This document shows, piece by piece, positions 49,044-61,765 of a stretch of 64,000 nt of DNA; within the stretch, counting starts at the first letter, position 1, and every line of letters starts with the position of its first letter. The position numbers and the translations under genes were made by a program. The DNA comes from Phoronis australis (Eukaryota > Animalia > Phoronida), in the NCBI GenBank assembly GCA_002633005.1, contig NMRA01000191.1, positions 550,466-614,465 on the forward strand. The letters are read 5' to 3'. Below the pieces are notes generated by a model. It searched no databases. It was not told the origin of the DNA and saw only the letters and a program-made list of their open reading frames with translations.

Positions 49044-52000
49044 CGGTAAAGTCGCGCGATTTTCGGACACACAAAATTAATTCCAATAGAAAAAATCATT
49101 CTTGGACGAATCTCGCGAAACATCGTTTTTGTGGTGTCCGAATTTGGCGGACCTCCACATTTAGGTTTCCGCTTGTGTCCGAATTTCGTGGGTGTACATT
49201 ATTTCGACGAGTTGTCGCAGTATCAACATTGCCGGCTCGGCTATGACTCGGTCATTTGATAGCAGTATAGTTGCTAGTCAATGAGACTCAAGCGGTCTGC
49301 GCCATTAACTTTTGAAAAACGGGATTTCCCAATAAGAAATGTGCGTAGTCGACGCACAAAGAACGTTCCCGACAAGTGTTGGTTCTTCTTTTCAAGAATG
49401 CGCTTTCTCAATATGAAACATTGGGCTTGCATTGCCGATGCTCAAAAACCGTTCTCGACAAGTGACGATTTTTTTTCTTCAAAAATGCGCTATCTCACTT
49501 GAAATATCGGCCTGCGTTGTGAAAAAAAGAGTGTTCTTGGTGACAAATATGGGCTTTCCAATGAGTGGTTCTAGTTTGCGTTGTTGACGCACATGAAATG
49601 TTCCAGACAACTGATGATTCTCTTTTGTAAAAATGCGTTTCCTCAATAAAAAAATGTCGAGTTTGCTTTGTCAACGCACAAAGAGCGCCCTGATAAGTCT
49701 TTTTTCAATGTCGTTTCCCAATAAAAAGCTGGACTTGCGTATTCGACGCACAAAGCATGCGCTTTCTCAATATTAACGAATTTTGCGTTAAATGTAACAG
49801 TAATGGGTGTGGGAACGAGTGCAATGAAGAAAGTGATGAACAATGACTAGAACAGAGTATACAATATAATATTTGTTAAACGCTTCTATACGTCTGCTAG
49901 TTACAAACCGAAACTCAAGTTAACTTTGAAACCTTATTTCCATATTAACTGAAAGATCCGTTTCATCATGGAAACGTCGAATGAACAATTTTCCAAAGTA
50001 GGTTGCAAAGACAATCATGATAGTAAAATGAGTAGTTTCTCATCCACTCGTGATCCCCATTCGTCGCTCTGGTAGTCATCTGAATTGTTGAAGAAGCGCA
50101 TCGGACTCGGGACCACTGTCGTTCTACATGATTGTTTAAGCCTACTGCAAACGATGAGAATGTGGCGATTCGTACAGTGCTGCGCGCCTGAAGACACGAT
50201 TTACTAACATATTGTATGTAGAAGGGCGCGGTCTAGATAGCGAATGCAATTTCAAATGCTACCAACATCAAATTCACCCAACTGTTTTTTTACAGTTAAA
50301 ACATTTCTCATCCACAGCCTTTGAAACGCCCAATGTTAACTCAATGATACACTGGCACGTCTTCATGCAACTGAGGTGACCTAACACATCTGGGTTCGCT
50401 ACGTTTTTTTATCACAGGCTTAACTGCTGACAGTGAAAACTCTTGTGAAATATGTTTGAGGATGAAATGAAACTGATAATCGTTAACATTTTCTGATAAT
50501 CTGGGCGGAAGATAACGGGGCCGTTTCTTCTGATCGTCACCAGTTGAACTCCGTCCACGGACATCACCAATTTAGCGCAGCTCTCCTTCAGTCACTACTA
50601 ATTTTCACCCCCCCCCGCCTCCTTCTGCGTACCAATGTCGATTTTGTGTCACTAATTTTACGGGTGTCGTCTAGGTGCACCCCCCCAAGACCGTAGTTGC
50701 GCACGTTGATACAATAGGTTTCCCGGCAGATCACTACTGTTAGAAGAATCGACTAGTGACGATCTGAAAAGAAAAACGAAAACATTGGGACAGCGTAAAC
50801 TCATGAAGGACGTAAACCAGGCAATTCAAGAATCGGTTTACTATTTATATACTTAATTTTCAACTTCTTCCTTAATATATAATAATCAATTACAATCCAT
50901 CTATGTCGACCGTTTTCATTTCATTGCGTCATATATTCGTTAGTTACGAACAATGGTTCCTATAGTTCTTCTTACAGGTCTCTACTGATGGACGTCACAC
51001 ACTTCTGCTAAATTTTAAAGTATGAACAGCCGCGAGTTTACTGAAGTCTCATTATAAGTACAGAAGTGTTGTTGAAGAATAACAGTGACCATCTGAAGAG
51101 GGAATACATAACGAAATAAAACTTTAGGAAACACCAAACAAAAATCAAAACAACACTTACCTGTTACAATAACTCCTTAAACGCGAACGTATTGACCGAC
51201 TTGCATGAACGGAATGTTAGTTGAACATATTAGTAGAACAAAACTGTCTCGATGAAATTTTCATAGTTTACAGGTTTGAGAAGATCCACCGTAGATTTCC
51301 GTATGTAAGTCCACCTGTCAGCTTCCAGGCCCGTTGCATCGGACTACAGGTCCTGTATTGTTGTTAGTCTACCCCTAGGACCACAAGAAGCAACGACTAT
51401 TCAACTGACTTGTCATTTTTGAAATTGGTGGAGGATTTTCTTAGTCGCCGCAGACAGAGTGTGCCACAGGGTCCCAATGTCCTTGTCCGGATTCATCTTA
51501 ATCTTGGGACACCATGGCGTCCAGGGTGTTGTACTTCAGACGGTACAAGGCGCGAATTAACACGACCACAAGTACACAGACCAGTGGATAAGCAAGCAAA
51601 ATTGGGTCGCCGCAATTTCAATCTTTCTTAGGTCTATATAGGGGTAAAGCTCGTAACGCTAGGACGTCGCTAAAATGCAAGAATTCATGAGATTACTTGA
51701 TATATTGTCGTGTATTTTAATTGTAAACACATGATTTGGGCTCTGAGATTTTTCTAGTCCCAAGATAGCTACTGAACTCTACCCTAGCCTGCGTCCAGGG
51801 GCGCAAGGGTGAGAATCTCACGAGTACGCAAGACTGAAGACTTCGAGAAGTATGATCAGGCATTGCAAGCGAAGCACACGATCACAATAGCTTCCTAAGC
51901 AAGATTCTTGCATCTGCGATGCATATCGGAGACCTAGGCCTACAGGGAATTTGTAAGGGTAGTGACGCGTGGCGACGTGGATGTATCTAGTTTTTGATAT

Positions 52001-53115
52001 GTGTTATAGTACAGAACAAAGTATTTTGCGAGCGAATGGGCACTTACACAACATAAGACAAGGATGTTACATGTATGTCTCGCCGCGCGTCGTTTGTGCT
52101 GGGCTTTGTACTGCTAAACACGCAACGGCGTTCTTACATTAGCAACTGCACTGAAAAACGAAAGACGTTTGAACTGCATACAGATTTTTAGTGAAACATT
52201 TTTGTTTCAACCCAAAAATTGCGTTGTCAGAAGTACTGAATGTTGTATGGAGTCAGTGGTGACTCATTCCTTGCAAACTGTTCCATTCAAAATTGTTAAG
52301 CAAGCCCAGAACTGTTGCACGAAGATTTCAATCATTCGTTGGGATACAGGTAAGTGGCAGCAAAACTTATTGTCCGACGATAGTTAATCGGCTGAAGAGG
52401 AAGAAGCATAAAATCTCCCGTGTACGACACAGCTTCGGTCGCCTGGGCTCACACGGTATGCGAATTAAGTTTGTTTTGTAACCAGCTTTGCTTTGGCTCC
52501 GCCTCATTTGGCTGCCGCTGTTACTATCTACACTACTTTGGACGCAAGATAAGTTTCTTAAACACGCAAGTTGATGTCAGACGTGCGAGTTCAATGTCAC
52601 AGTCGGAAGTCGAACAGCATGGTCTAATGAAACCAGAGCACATATTATTGTCACGCTACAACGAAAAGTTTCAGCCTTCGGTGTATTTCCCATTTTTATT
52701 TTCATCAGAGATTTTCGTCATGCGAGACTCGGTGATTCTTTTCATAGCTAAAGCGTCAAACACAAGCTAAACGCAAGCCAATCGAGTTATGGTCGTGAAA
52801 TTGTCAAGACAAGGTAAGAATTTCAGAGCCCGTTATACCTTTTCTCGGATTCAAGCCTTATAGAGTAGTAATTATCCATTGAACGCTTTAGTGACACGAG
52901 AGTTGCGTGGATCCGAAATTAGCGTTTCTAAACTTTCCCTTGTCAGAAAGTCGCGGGACAGAAACCGATGTTTATGACATTGTCCGAAATTCGAGGATTA
53001 TTAAAAACAGTTTTTGGACCTTGTACGAATTTCGTGGACCATGAAATACTCATTTCGGGAATATTTGTTCTTGTCCCAAAATGGCGGGCCGTCCGAAAAT
53101 CGCGCGACTTTACCG
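49044..53115. mobile_element. 4.07-kb non-autonomous Tc1/mariner-superfamily (pogo/Tigger/Tc2-like) TIR element, complete copy
   Basis: Perfect 25-bp TIRs cggtaaagtcgcgcgattttcggac (49044-49068 and 53091-53115), TA on both sides, subterminal gtccgaa(a/t)tt repeats and degenerate tandem repeats at about 49300-49760. No transposase ORF. Confidence 0.85.
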
Positions 53116-53394
53116 TAAGTGTTGTGTTGAAGGCTGCAACACCGGCGTGAAAGTTTTATAAACTGGACAAATACCCGTGGATGCGTGATCTAAAATTCTT
53201 TGCCTTCCCGACATTAATGAGAGACACGAGAATGTGCCTGATTTCAAAAACTAGATCACGTGCATTCTTATTTCCATAATAACGGCGAATAAAAGTCATC
53301 TATAATGCTTTCAAACATCCGATTCTGTTGAGTGACAATATCTGACGAGTGCAGTTTTCAAATGCATATTCTATGCTACTGTTACTGAGTGCCG

Positions 53395-53835
53395 AAGCGT
53401 GTCAGTTTACGTTCTTTCCAGGAACAGTGATGAAAAAATGCATGGAAAACTATGCCTCTACATTGTTGTTCTCAATGCAAAGTAAAGAATCGTGATCAGA
53501 TAAATACATACAAGGTTGGTTACATTTAATGTAACCGACATCACAACAGTCGCGTTTCAGATAACACTCTTTCCACGAATCGTCATGAAAAAATGCTTGA
53601 AAACTGTGCCTCTGAGTTGTTGTTCTCAATGCAGGATAAAGAATCGTTATCCGATAAATACATAAGTACACAGACTTTCTCTTGTACTACACAAGGTTGA
53701 CTGCATTCAATTCAACTGACATTACAATAGTCGCGTTTCAGTTTGCGTTCTTTCCAAGGATCGTCATGAAAAAATGCTTGAAATGCTATTCCCAGAAATT
53801 GTTGTTCACAATGCTGGGTAAAGAATTGTTATCAG
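53395..53835. repeat. Degenerate tandem repeat, about 155-180-bp unit, 3 copies
   Basis: tctttcca..a...t.atgaaaaaatgc.tg..aa...ttgttgttc.caatgc...taaagaat recurs at about 53413, 53568 and 53748. Confidence 0.85.
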
Positions 53836-54618
53836 TTTTCTGTGTTTTTGATACTTTGACCCCGTTATCCTCAGAAATTTCTGGCAATATTTCCAATTTC
53901 TATTTATTATTATTAGTGAGACCATGGATGAGTTAATCCAAACCACAAACTATTCCAGCAGCTACTACAATTTTTACAATACCTCAAAAATGAGATTTCA
54001 TATTAAAATTTGACACTGATTTTGAGCGAAAACTGATGTGCCCGACTTTTAAATTATTTATCAGAGTAGGAATTGTTTAAACTACTGTACATTTTAATAA
54101 TTTAACACAAGAAAGTAAACTGCAACGCATAGTGTGATCCAAATCCGTGACATAGGGTGTATCACCCATTTATGGCTTTTTGTCTGGTCTGAAGTGCACT
54201 GCACTCTTAAGATAGGGAACTGGTTGGTTTTCTCATCGGAATGTGTGAATGAATAAGCTTATGAAAAACTAACGTTCATTGCACTGTAGTCATGATATGA
54301 ATAAGAAAAAACAAGAAAGTCAGTTTTAATATGGGTGTACCGTCTGTATTCGCCTTTTAACCGTTTTATTCATAAAAGGTACTTAGTCGGCACGCATCTG
54401 TTTGCAAATTTTATAATGAACACGCGATTTACTCCGTGGATGGGGGGACACAAGTTACTGCTGACCGGTCTTTAGTAGCTTTCGGTGCGATGATAGACTG
54501 AAGACTGTTTCGAGTTAATCACTTTATTAATTTCGGCCACACGTACTCAAGTCTACTCAAACAAAACGTACTACGTAATGTCTGTTCCATGCTGCACCTA
54601 GTGCTGCAAAACCTTGAC

Positions 54619-54779
54619 CAGGGACGGATCCAGGATTTTGAGTTGGGGGGAGGGGCAGAGAATTAGCCAGGAATTTTCCCGTCAGACACTTACACCCCGA
54701 GTTACCAAATTTGATATGGGAGAATTTTAGGGGGGGGGGGGGAGCATGGCCCTCTTGGCCCCCTCTAAATCTGTCATTG
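54619..54779 (-). mobile_element. G/C-run MITE, same family as 23362-23517
   Basis: Reverse-complement match to the family core. Confidence 0.7.
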
Positions 54780-57686
54780 AACTGAGATACTCGCCGATGT
54801 CGACTTCGCGGCAGTCGCCAGTGGGTTAATCTTTGTTAGTTGTGATGCGTGTTCCGATACTTGACGTAGCACTCGGGATCTTTTCGTTAATCAATGAAAG
54901 CAGTACGGTAAAGTCTCGCGTTTTGCGGGCAGCCCGCCATTTTGGGACAAGAACAAATATTTCCGAAATGAGTTTTTCATGGTCCACGAAATTCGTACAA
55001 GGTCCAAAAACTGTTTTTCAATGATCCTCGAATTTCGGACAATGTCATAAACATCGGTTTCTGTCCCGCGACTTTCGGACAAGGGAAATTTTAGAAACGC
55101 TAATTTCGGATCGACGCAACTCTCATGTCATTAAAGCGTTCAATGGATGATTACTACTCTCTAAGGCTTGAATCCGAGAATCGATAGAACGGGCTCTGTA
55201 ATTTTTACCTTGTGTTGACGATGTCACGACCATTACTCGATTGTGTTGCGTTTAGCTTGTGTTTGGCGCTTTATCTATGAAAAGAATCACCGAAAACCGC
55301 ATGACGAAAATTACTGTTGACAATACAAATGGGAAATACGCTGAAGGCTGCAACTTTTCGTTGTAGCATGACGTGTGCTCTGGTTCAATTAGACCGTGCT
55401 GTTCGACTTCGGACTGTGACACTGAACTTGCAGGCCTGACATCAACTTGGTTGTTTACGAAACTTTTTATTTTTAAAACGTCCTGGCCTTTGTAAACTTG
55501 CCCTTGTCAGTGGCTAAAATCTCAGTGGCCGGATTTTATCCATGGCGCGATGAGAAATGTTTTTTTTGTTTAGGCCCCCATACACAATACAGCTAAGTCT
55601 GTCCGTCGGATGTTGCGCGTTCAAAGTAGTGTAGATAGTGAGCAGCAGCAGCAAAATGAGACGGAGCCAAAGTAAAGCTGGTTACAAAACAAACATATTT
55701 AAGTCGCACGTCGCGTGAGCCCGACCGAGGCTGCGTCGTGCACGGGAGATTTTATGCTTCTTCCTCTTCGGTCGATTTACAGTCGTCGGATAATAAGTTT
55801 TGCTGCCACTTACCTGCATCCCGGGGAATGAGTCTTCGTGCAGCCCTTCTGGACTTGCTTAATAATTTTGAATGGGACAGTTAGCACGGAATGAGTCACC
55901 CCTGACTTCACACAACATTCAGTGCTTCTGACAACGCAATTTTTGAGTTGAAAATTTTCATTAAAAATCTTTATGCAGTCCAAACGTTTTTCGTTTTTCA
56001 GTGCAGTTGCTAATGACTGTCTTCTTGGTATTGCTCATTCGCGTCCAGTGTTGAGCAGCACAAAGCCCAGCAGAAACGGCGCGCAGCGCACACGCAATTG
56101 TTAGAGAGACTTTGCATCCCTGTCCTACGTTGTGTAAGTACCCATTCTCCCGCAAAATACTTCGCTCTGTACAATAACACATATCAAAAACTAATGTAAA
56201 TCTACGTAACCACGCTTCACTACCCTTACAAATTCCCTGTTGCGCTCCAATATGCATCGCAGATGCAAGAATCTCGATAAGAAAGCTAGTGTGAGCGTGT
56301 GCTTCGCTTGCAATACTTGACCATACCTCTCGAAGTCTTCAGTCTTGCGTACTCGTGAGATTCTCACCCTTGCGCCTCTGGACGCATGCTATGGTAGACT
56401 TCAGCATCTGTCTAGCCAAAATCACGTGTATTTTCAATTAAAATACACGACAATATATCACGTAATCTCATGAATTCTTGCTTTTTAGCGACGTCCTAGC
56501 GTTACGAGCTTTACCTCTATGTAGACCTAAGAAAGATTGAACTTGCGGGGACCCAATTTTGCTTGCTCACCCTCTGGTCTGTGTATTTGTGGTCTTGTTA
56601 ATTCGCGCCCTGTACCGTCTGAGGTACAACACCCTGGACTCCATGGTGTTCCGAGATGAAGATGAATCCGGACAAGGACACCGGGACCCTGTGGCACTCT
56701 CTGTCTGCGGTGACTAAGAAAATCCTCTACCAATTTCGAAAAATGACAAGTCAGTTGAATCAGATTTGGTTGTCGTTGCTTCTTGTGGTCCTAGGGTTAG
56801 AATACAGGACCTGAAGTCCGATGCAACGGTCCTGGAACCCGATAGGTGTTTCCGACCCGGAATTCCATATCTACTTTCTACAGGACCATCTCTTCTTGTC
56901 CCATACGTCACAGCCTTCAGTTGATAGTTTTGAGACAAAAAAGAAACGTGATCTTAAACTACAGACTATGTATTACCTAAGATATTTTAACAGCATTTCA
57001 TGATCAGCTGTAAGTGTATTTAATTCGAGATGACTGTTACATTGCTAATTATTATTGTTCTATTTTCACCCGAGGTGATGCGTTGCCTGTAGCAAGGGTA
57101 AATAATTTTGGGAAGTATTACCACTGATTTCCGTATATAAGTTCGGTAAACCAAACGTCGATGAAAAATCACCAGGGCCTATACTCGGCAATGCCAACTA
57201 CACGAACACAGTACAAATACTGTAGTTCGCCCTAAATATATCCTAGTGAGAATAGCATTATTTTTAAATTTCAAACATGCATTTTTGTTCTCAGATATGC
57301 ATCCCTGGTATATTTTTGGGACAAAATTTAAGATACGCGAACTGGTCATATATTCTGATGGACTTGTATACGGAAATCTACGGTTGATCTTCTTAAACCT
57401 GTAAACCATGAAAATTTCATTGAGACAGTTTTGTTTTACTAACATGTTCAACTAACATTCCGTTCATGCAAGTCGGTCAATAAGCTACTTTCCCGTTTAA
57501 GGCGTTATTGCATCAGGTAAGTGCTGTTTTGATTTTTGTTTGGTGTTTACATATTTTATTTTGTTATGTATTCCCCTCTTCAGATGGTCACTGATATTCT
57601 TCAGCAACATTTTTGTACTTTTAATGAGACTTCAGCAAACTCGAGACTGTTAGACTGTTCATACTTTGAATTTTAGTAGATTGAAG

Positions 57687-57849
57687 CAGTTGTGGATTTA
57701 GAGGGGTTGGGGCAAGGGGGCCATGCCCCCCTAAAACTCTCCCAGATTCCATTTGGCAGTTTGGGGGTGCGAATGCCTGACGGGCAAAATCCTGGCTAAT
57801 ACTCTGCCCTGCCCCCCACCCCCTAGTAAAAATCCTGGAACCGCCTCTG
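57687..57849 (+). mobile_element. G/C-run MITE inserted in the right arm only
   Basis: Absent at the matching left-arm site (about 51005). Confidence 0.8.
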
Positions 57850-58562
57850 AGAAGTGTATGACGTCAATCAGCAAAGACTTGTAAGAAGAACTATTGTCCG
57901 TATCTATAGGGAATATATGACGCAATGAAATGAAATGGTCGACATAGATGCATTGTAATTGGTTAAGTATATATTAAGGAAGAAGTGGAAAATTAAGTAT
58001 ATAAATAGTAGACCGTACTTGAATTGCCTGATTTACGTCCTTCATGAGTTCACGCTGTCCCAATGTTTTCGTCTATCTTTTCAGGCCATCACTAGTCGAT
58101 TCTTCCAACAGTCGTGATCTGCCATGGAGCCTATTCTATCAACGTGTGCGACCACGGTCAAGGCCGTGAGAGGGGGGGGGAGCAAAATTAGTAGTGACTG
58201 AGGGAGAGCTGCGCGAAATTAGTGACGACTGTGGACGGCGTTAAACTGGTGACGATCAGAGGAAACGGCCCTAATATCTTTCACCCAGATTACCAGAAAA
58301 TGTTAACGATTATCAGTTCATTTCATCCACAAACAGATTTCACGAGAGTTTTCACTGTCAGCAGTTCAGCCTGTGGTTAAAAGCGTAAGCGAACCCAAAT
58401 GAGTTAGGTCACCTCAGTTGCATGAAGACGTGCCAGTGTATCACTGAGTTAACTTTGGGCATTTCAAAGGCTGTGTTTTAACTTTAAAAAAAACGGTTGG
58501 GTGAATTTGATGTTGGTAGCACGTGAAATTACATTCGCTTTCTAGACCACGCCCCTCAGAAT

Positions 58563-58721
58563 CAGTGGCGGATTTAGAGGGGGCTAAGGGGGCCCTGGCC
58601 CCCCTAAAATTCTCCCAGATTACATTTGGTGGTTCGAGAGTACGAACGTCTGACGGGCAAAATCTTAGCTAACACTCTGTCCTGCCCCCCCTCCTAACTC
58701 AAAGTTCTGCATCCGCCCCTG
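58563..58721 (+). mobile_element. G/C-run MITE inserted in the right arm only
   Basis: TIRs cagtggcggat / atccgcccctg; the empty site in the left arm is at about 50217-50226. Confidence 0.85.
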
Positions 58722-59432
58722 CTTCTATATACAATATGTTAGTTAACCGTGTTTTCAGCCGCGCAGCACTGTACGAGTGGACACATTCCCATCGTTTTCA
58801 GTAGACCAAAACATGTAGAACGACAGTGGTCCCAAGTCCGATGCGGTTCTTCAACAATTCAGATGATTACCAGGGCGACGAATGGGGATCACGAGTGGAT
58901 GAGAAACTAATCATTTTACTATCATGATTGTCTTTGCAATTTGTTTTGGATAATTGTGCATTCGACGTTCTCATGTTGAAACTGAACTTTTCAGTTTATA
59001 TGGAAATAAAGGTGTCAGAGATAACGTGCATTTAGGTTTGTAACTAGCAGGCAATGCATGGATACGTTTAAAAAATATATACTCTGTTCTCGTCATTGCT
59101 CATCACTTTCTCTCATTGAACTCGTTCCCACATCCATGATTTACGTTTAACGCAAAATTCGATAAAATTGAGAAAGCGCATGTTTTGATGGTCGGGAACC
59201 CTCTTTGTGCGTTGAATGCGCAATTCCAGCTTTTTAATGGGAAACCACATTGAAAAAAACGCTTATCGGGCTGCTCTTTGTGCGTTGGCAACGCAAACTC
59301 GACATTTTTAATTGAAAAAACGAAATTTTTCTGTTTTTACCTTTAAAAATCAAGCATTTTCCTTGATTCCTGTAGACAAAAGAGGCAAAAATGAAAAAAA
59401 AAAACGGAGAACGTGTGGAACAGGAAAAACTG

Positions 59433-59505
59433 CCAGCACCTAAGCCTCAAACCCACGATCTGGCGGATACGAAGCGCGTGCGTTACCACTAGACCACCAC
59501 GACTT
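59433..59505 (-). mobile_element. tRNA-derived SINE head or tRNA pseudogene
   Basis: Minus strand gtggtggtctagtggtaac (A box) ... gtgggtttgaggc (degenerate B box); the acceptor stem does not pair well. Confidence 0.55.
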
Positions 59506-59610
59506 CACTACACGCCTCTCTCTAGGAGACCTACTTATTTATGGTCCACAGCGTTTGTGCGCGAAACCTACTTCTTTTTGTAATGCTTATTACACGTTTT
59601 ATATTTTGTG

Positions 59611-60195
59611 CCATCAATTCTAAACAAATTTGTTGTATTTAAAATAGTCTTCAAATGCCCAAAAGACCAAATCGGTTTTCGTGTTGGCAATAATGACGGG
59701 ATTGCTTTGAAAATCGTCTTAAGATAAGGTTTGCCAAAGAGAATATTGCGAGTTTCTGAGTGATTCACTAAGGTTTCGATTAAACACATCTTACCAGCAG
59801 CTCCTGTTTTTCATCGTCACTCAGATTCCATTTTCTTTAAAGAATGAAGTAAAGTTTCTTCATTGCACAGTGGAGCAGACGACGGAAACGGAGTCGTAGT
59901 GCGCAGCGCCACTGCCGGTCGCCTGGGATATCGCGGGAGAGCCTATACTTAGCCATAATTCCGTTACGAATGCGCCGTGTTCCGAATTTGACACTTGAAA
60001 TTGGATTTGAGCCCCCCCTCACCCCCGCCCCAACACTCAAACTACACACATTTAAATCTTTTTCCATCCGTATAATTTTAATTACCGGGGTTAATTAATA
60101 AACTCATCATTTCCCTACGGCCTTACTGTTTTATTTTTTTGCGGCAGCCAAGGGGGGGGGGGGCGGGCCCCCTGGGCCCCCCTAAATCCGCCTAT
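59611..60195. repeat. Dispersed repeat, second copy of 27822-28370
   Basis: Direct colinear match ending in ggggg..gggccccctgggcccccctaaatccgcctat. Confidence 0.8.
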
Positions 60196-61765
60196 GAGCT
60201 AAGATAGGATTTACTAAACGGACAAAAAATTGTTGTAACTACAAGTTCTACTAACTACAATCATAAGTTAATATTAATTTTGAATTTACTTCTGATGTAA
60301 AGCGCTTCACATAATCATCGGGTCGTATCCGGCCCGAGTGGTGACTGCGTAGGAGCGGGCTTTATGTTATTCATCGCCATTGAAAGCGCTAGGTTTCTAC
60401 ACCATAGGGTAACAAGGAAAGTCTGGAAGTAAATGTCTATGCCTAGCTCAAACTTTATAGCATCGAGAGAGATCCCCAAAAGTAGTGCAGTGTGAATGCC
60501 TTTAAAAACGACCAAGAAACAAAACAGCAGAAAATGAGTTTGTTATTTGCTACTTTGGTGTACTTTTTAGTATAGTTTACATTAATTGCAAGCATTTTCA
60601 AATTTCGAATTGAAAGTGATCGCCTAATATCTTGATCATCAAGTGTCCACTTTGATTGTGGATTGGTGGATTGACATGCATGCGTGTACACGCGTGTGCC
60701 TTTCCGTTCTTTTAAATTCAGTACACGCCAATGGTATGTTCACTGACTACTCTCACTGTCGTTTCTGAAAAAAATCAGACATTTTGCTACAGCGTTTTCT
60801 TGCACTGAAAAATCCCCGCATGTTCACATTATTAGGTAAGTCTAGACCTCATTAAAACATTGGTCAATGAAGAAAGTCTTCTCTTGTCAATCAATGTCAA
60901 TGGTGCACAGCTTCGCAGATTTCATACGAGCAACAATTTTGATGGAAAAGATGTCTAAGGTTGCATGTACATGACCGAGGGTTCACTACTCCGAAGGTAT
61001 TGTTTGGAATGATTTCTAACAGGTTTATCACTGACAGTTACATCAATGAATGCTGAATGCTTAACTCGATATTGGTTAGTGAGATTACAATCCAAGCCCA
61101 AAGGAAAAGGGTACGTAAATATCCATTAGACTATTTGTTTACTCCCTATCCTATGTCTTCCGGAAATTTATTACACGTTGAAATGAAAATCTATCATGTC
61201 TGTTTTCACGTGACCTTTGGCTTTTAGGTTTGAGGGCTTGTACCGTGCAGAGGAGACATGCATCGCTTCTGCACCGTCCTTGAATGGACAAAAATTGGTT
61301 TTAAGCAGTTGACTGCAGCTAACGTACCAGCAAGATCTTCCCATCTAGTGTAGATCTGTTGGTAAAGCCTACTTTCTTCATCAGAGACAACGAACAAGCT
61401 TTGTTACCCCTTTCTCTTCCCACAGCATTTCCACACACCATTAGTGCTGCATGGCACAATGTACGTCAGCGACGAATCGCAGTACGAAGTTACCATAAGA
61501 CAAGTGTTGTTTGTGTATGAAGAGGAACTATATCTGACTGCTACACAAGTCAGCCTCGTTGGTGAAGATGTCCTTTCATAGGCAAAAAGTCATGTGAGGA
61601 CAATAGCTTATTTCCTTTTGTGGAAGAAACATGAGGGACTGAAGCTAAAGAAGACCTAGTGACACTCTGGTCTAGTTCAGGGTCAGATTTTGGGCACAAA
61701 ACGAGTCAAGTGATATGCTGTTGTGTTTACCTTCAAGGATCTAATTGAGGCTGAATGAGGTTACC

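Larger units (their letters stand above)
54906..59330. mobile_element. Second, inverted copy of the 4-kb TIR element, distal end truncated
   Basis: ta|cggtaaagtctcgcgttttgcgggc start. Reverse-complement colinear with 53115 down to about 49628. Extra segments at about 55470-55610 and 56840-57357, plus two MITE insertions. Confidence 0.9.

Noticed and set aside
59433-59505. Functional tRNA gene
   Set aside because: B box is degenerate and the acceptor stem pairs poorly; better explained as a SINE head or pseudogene.
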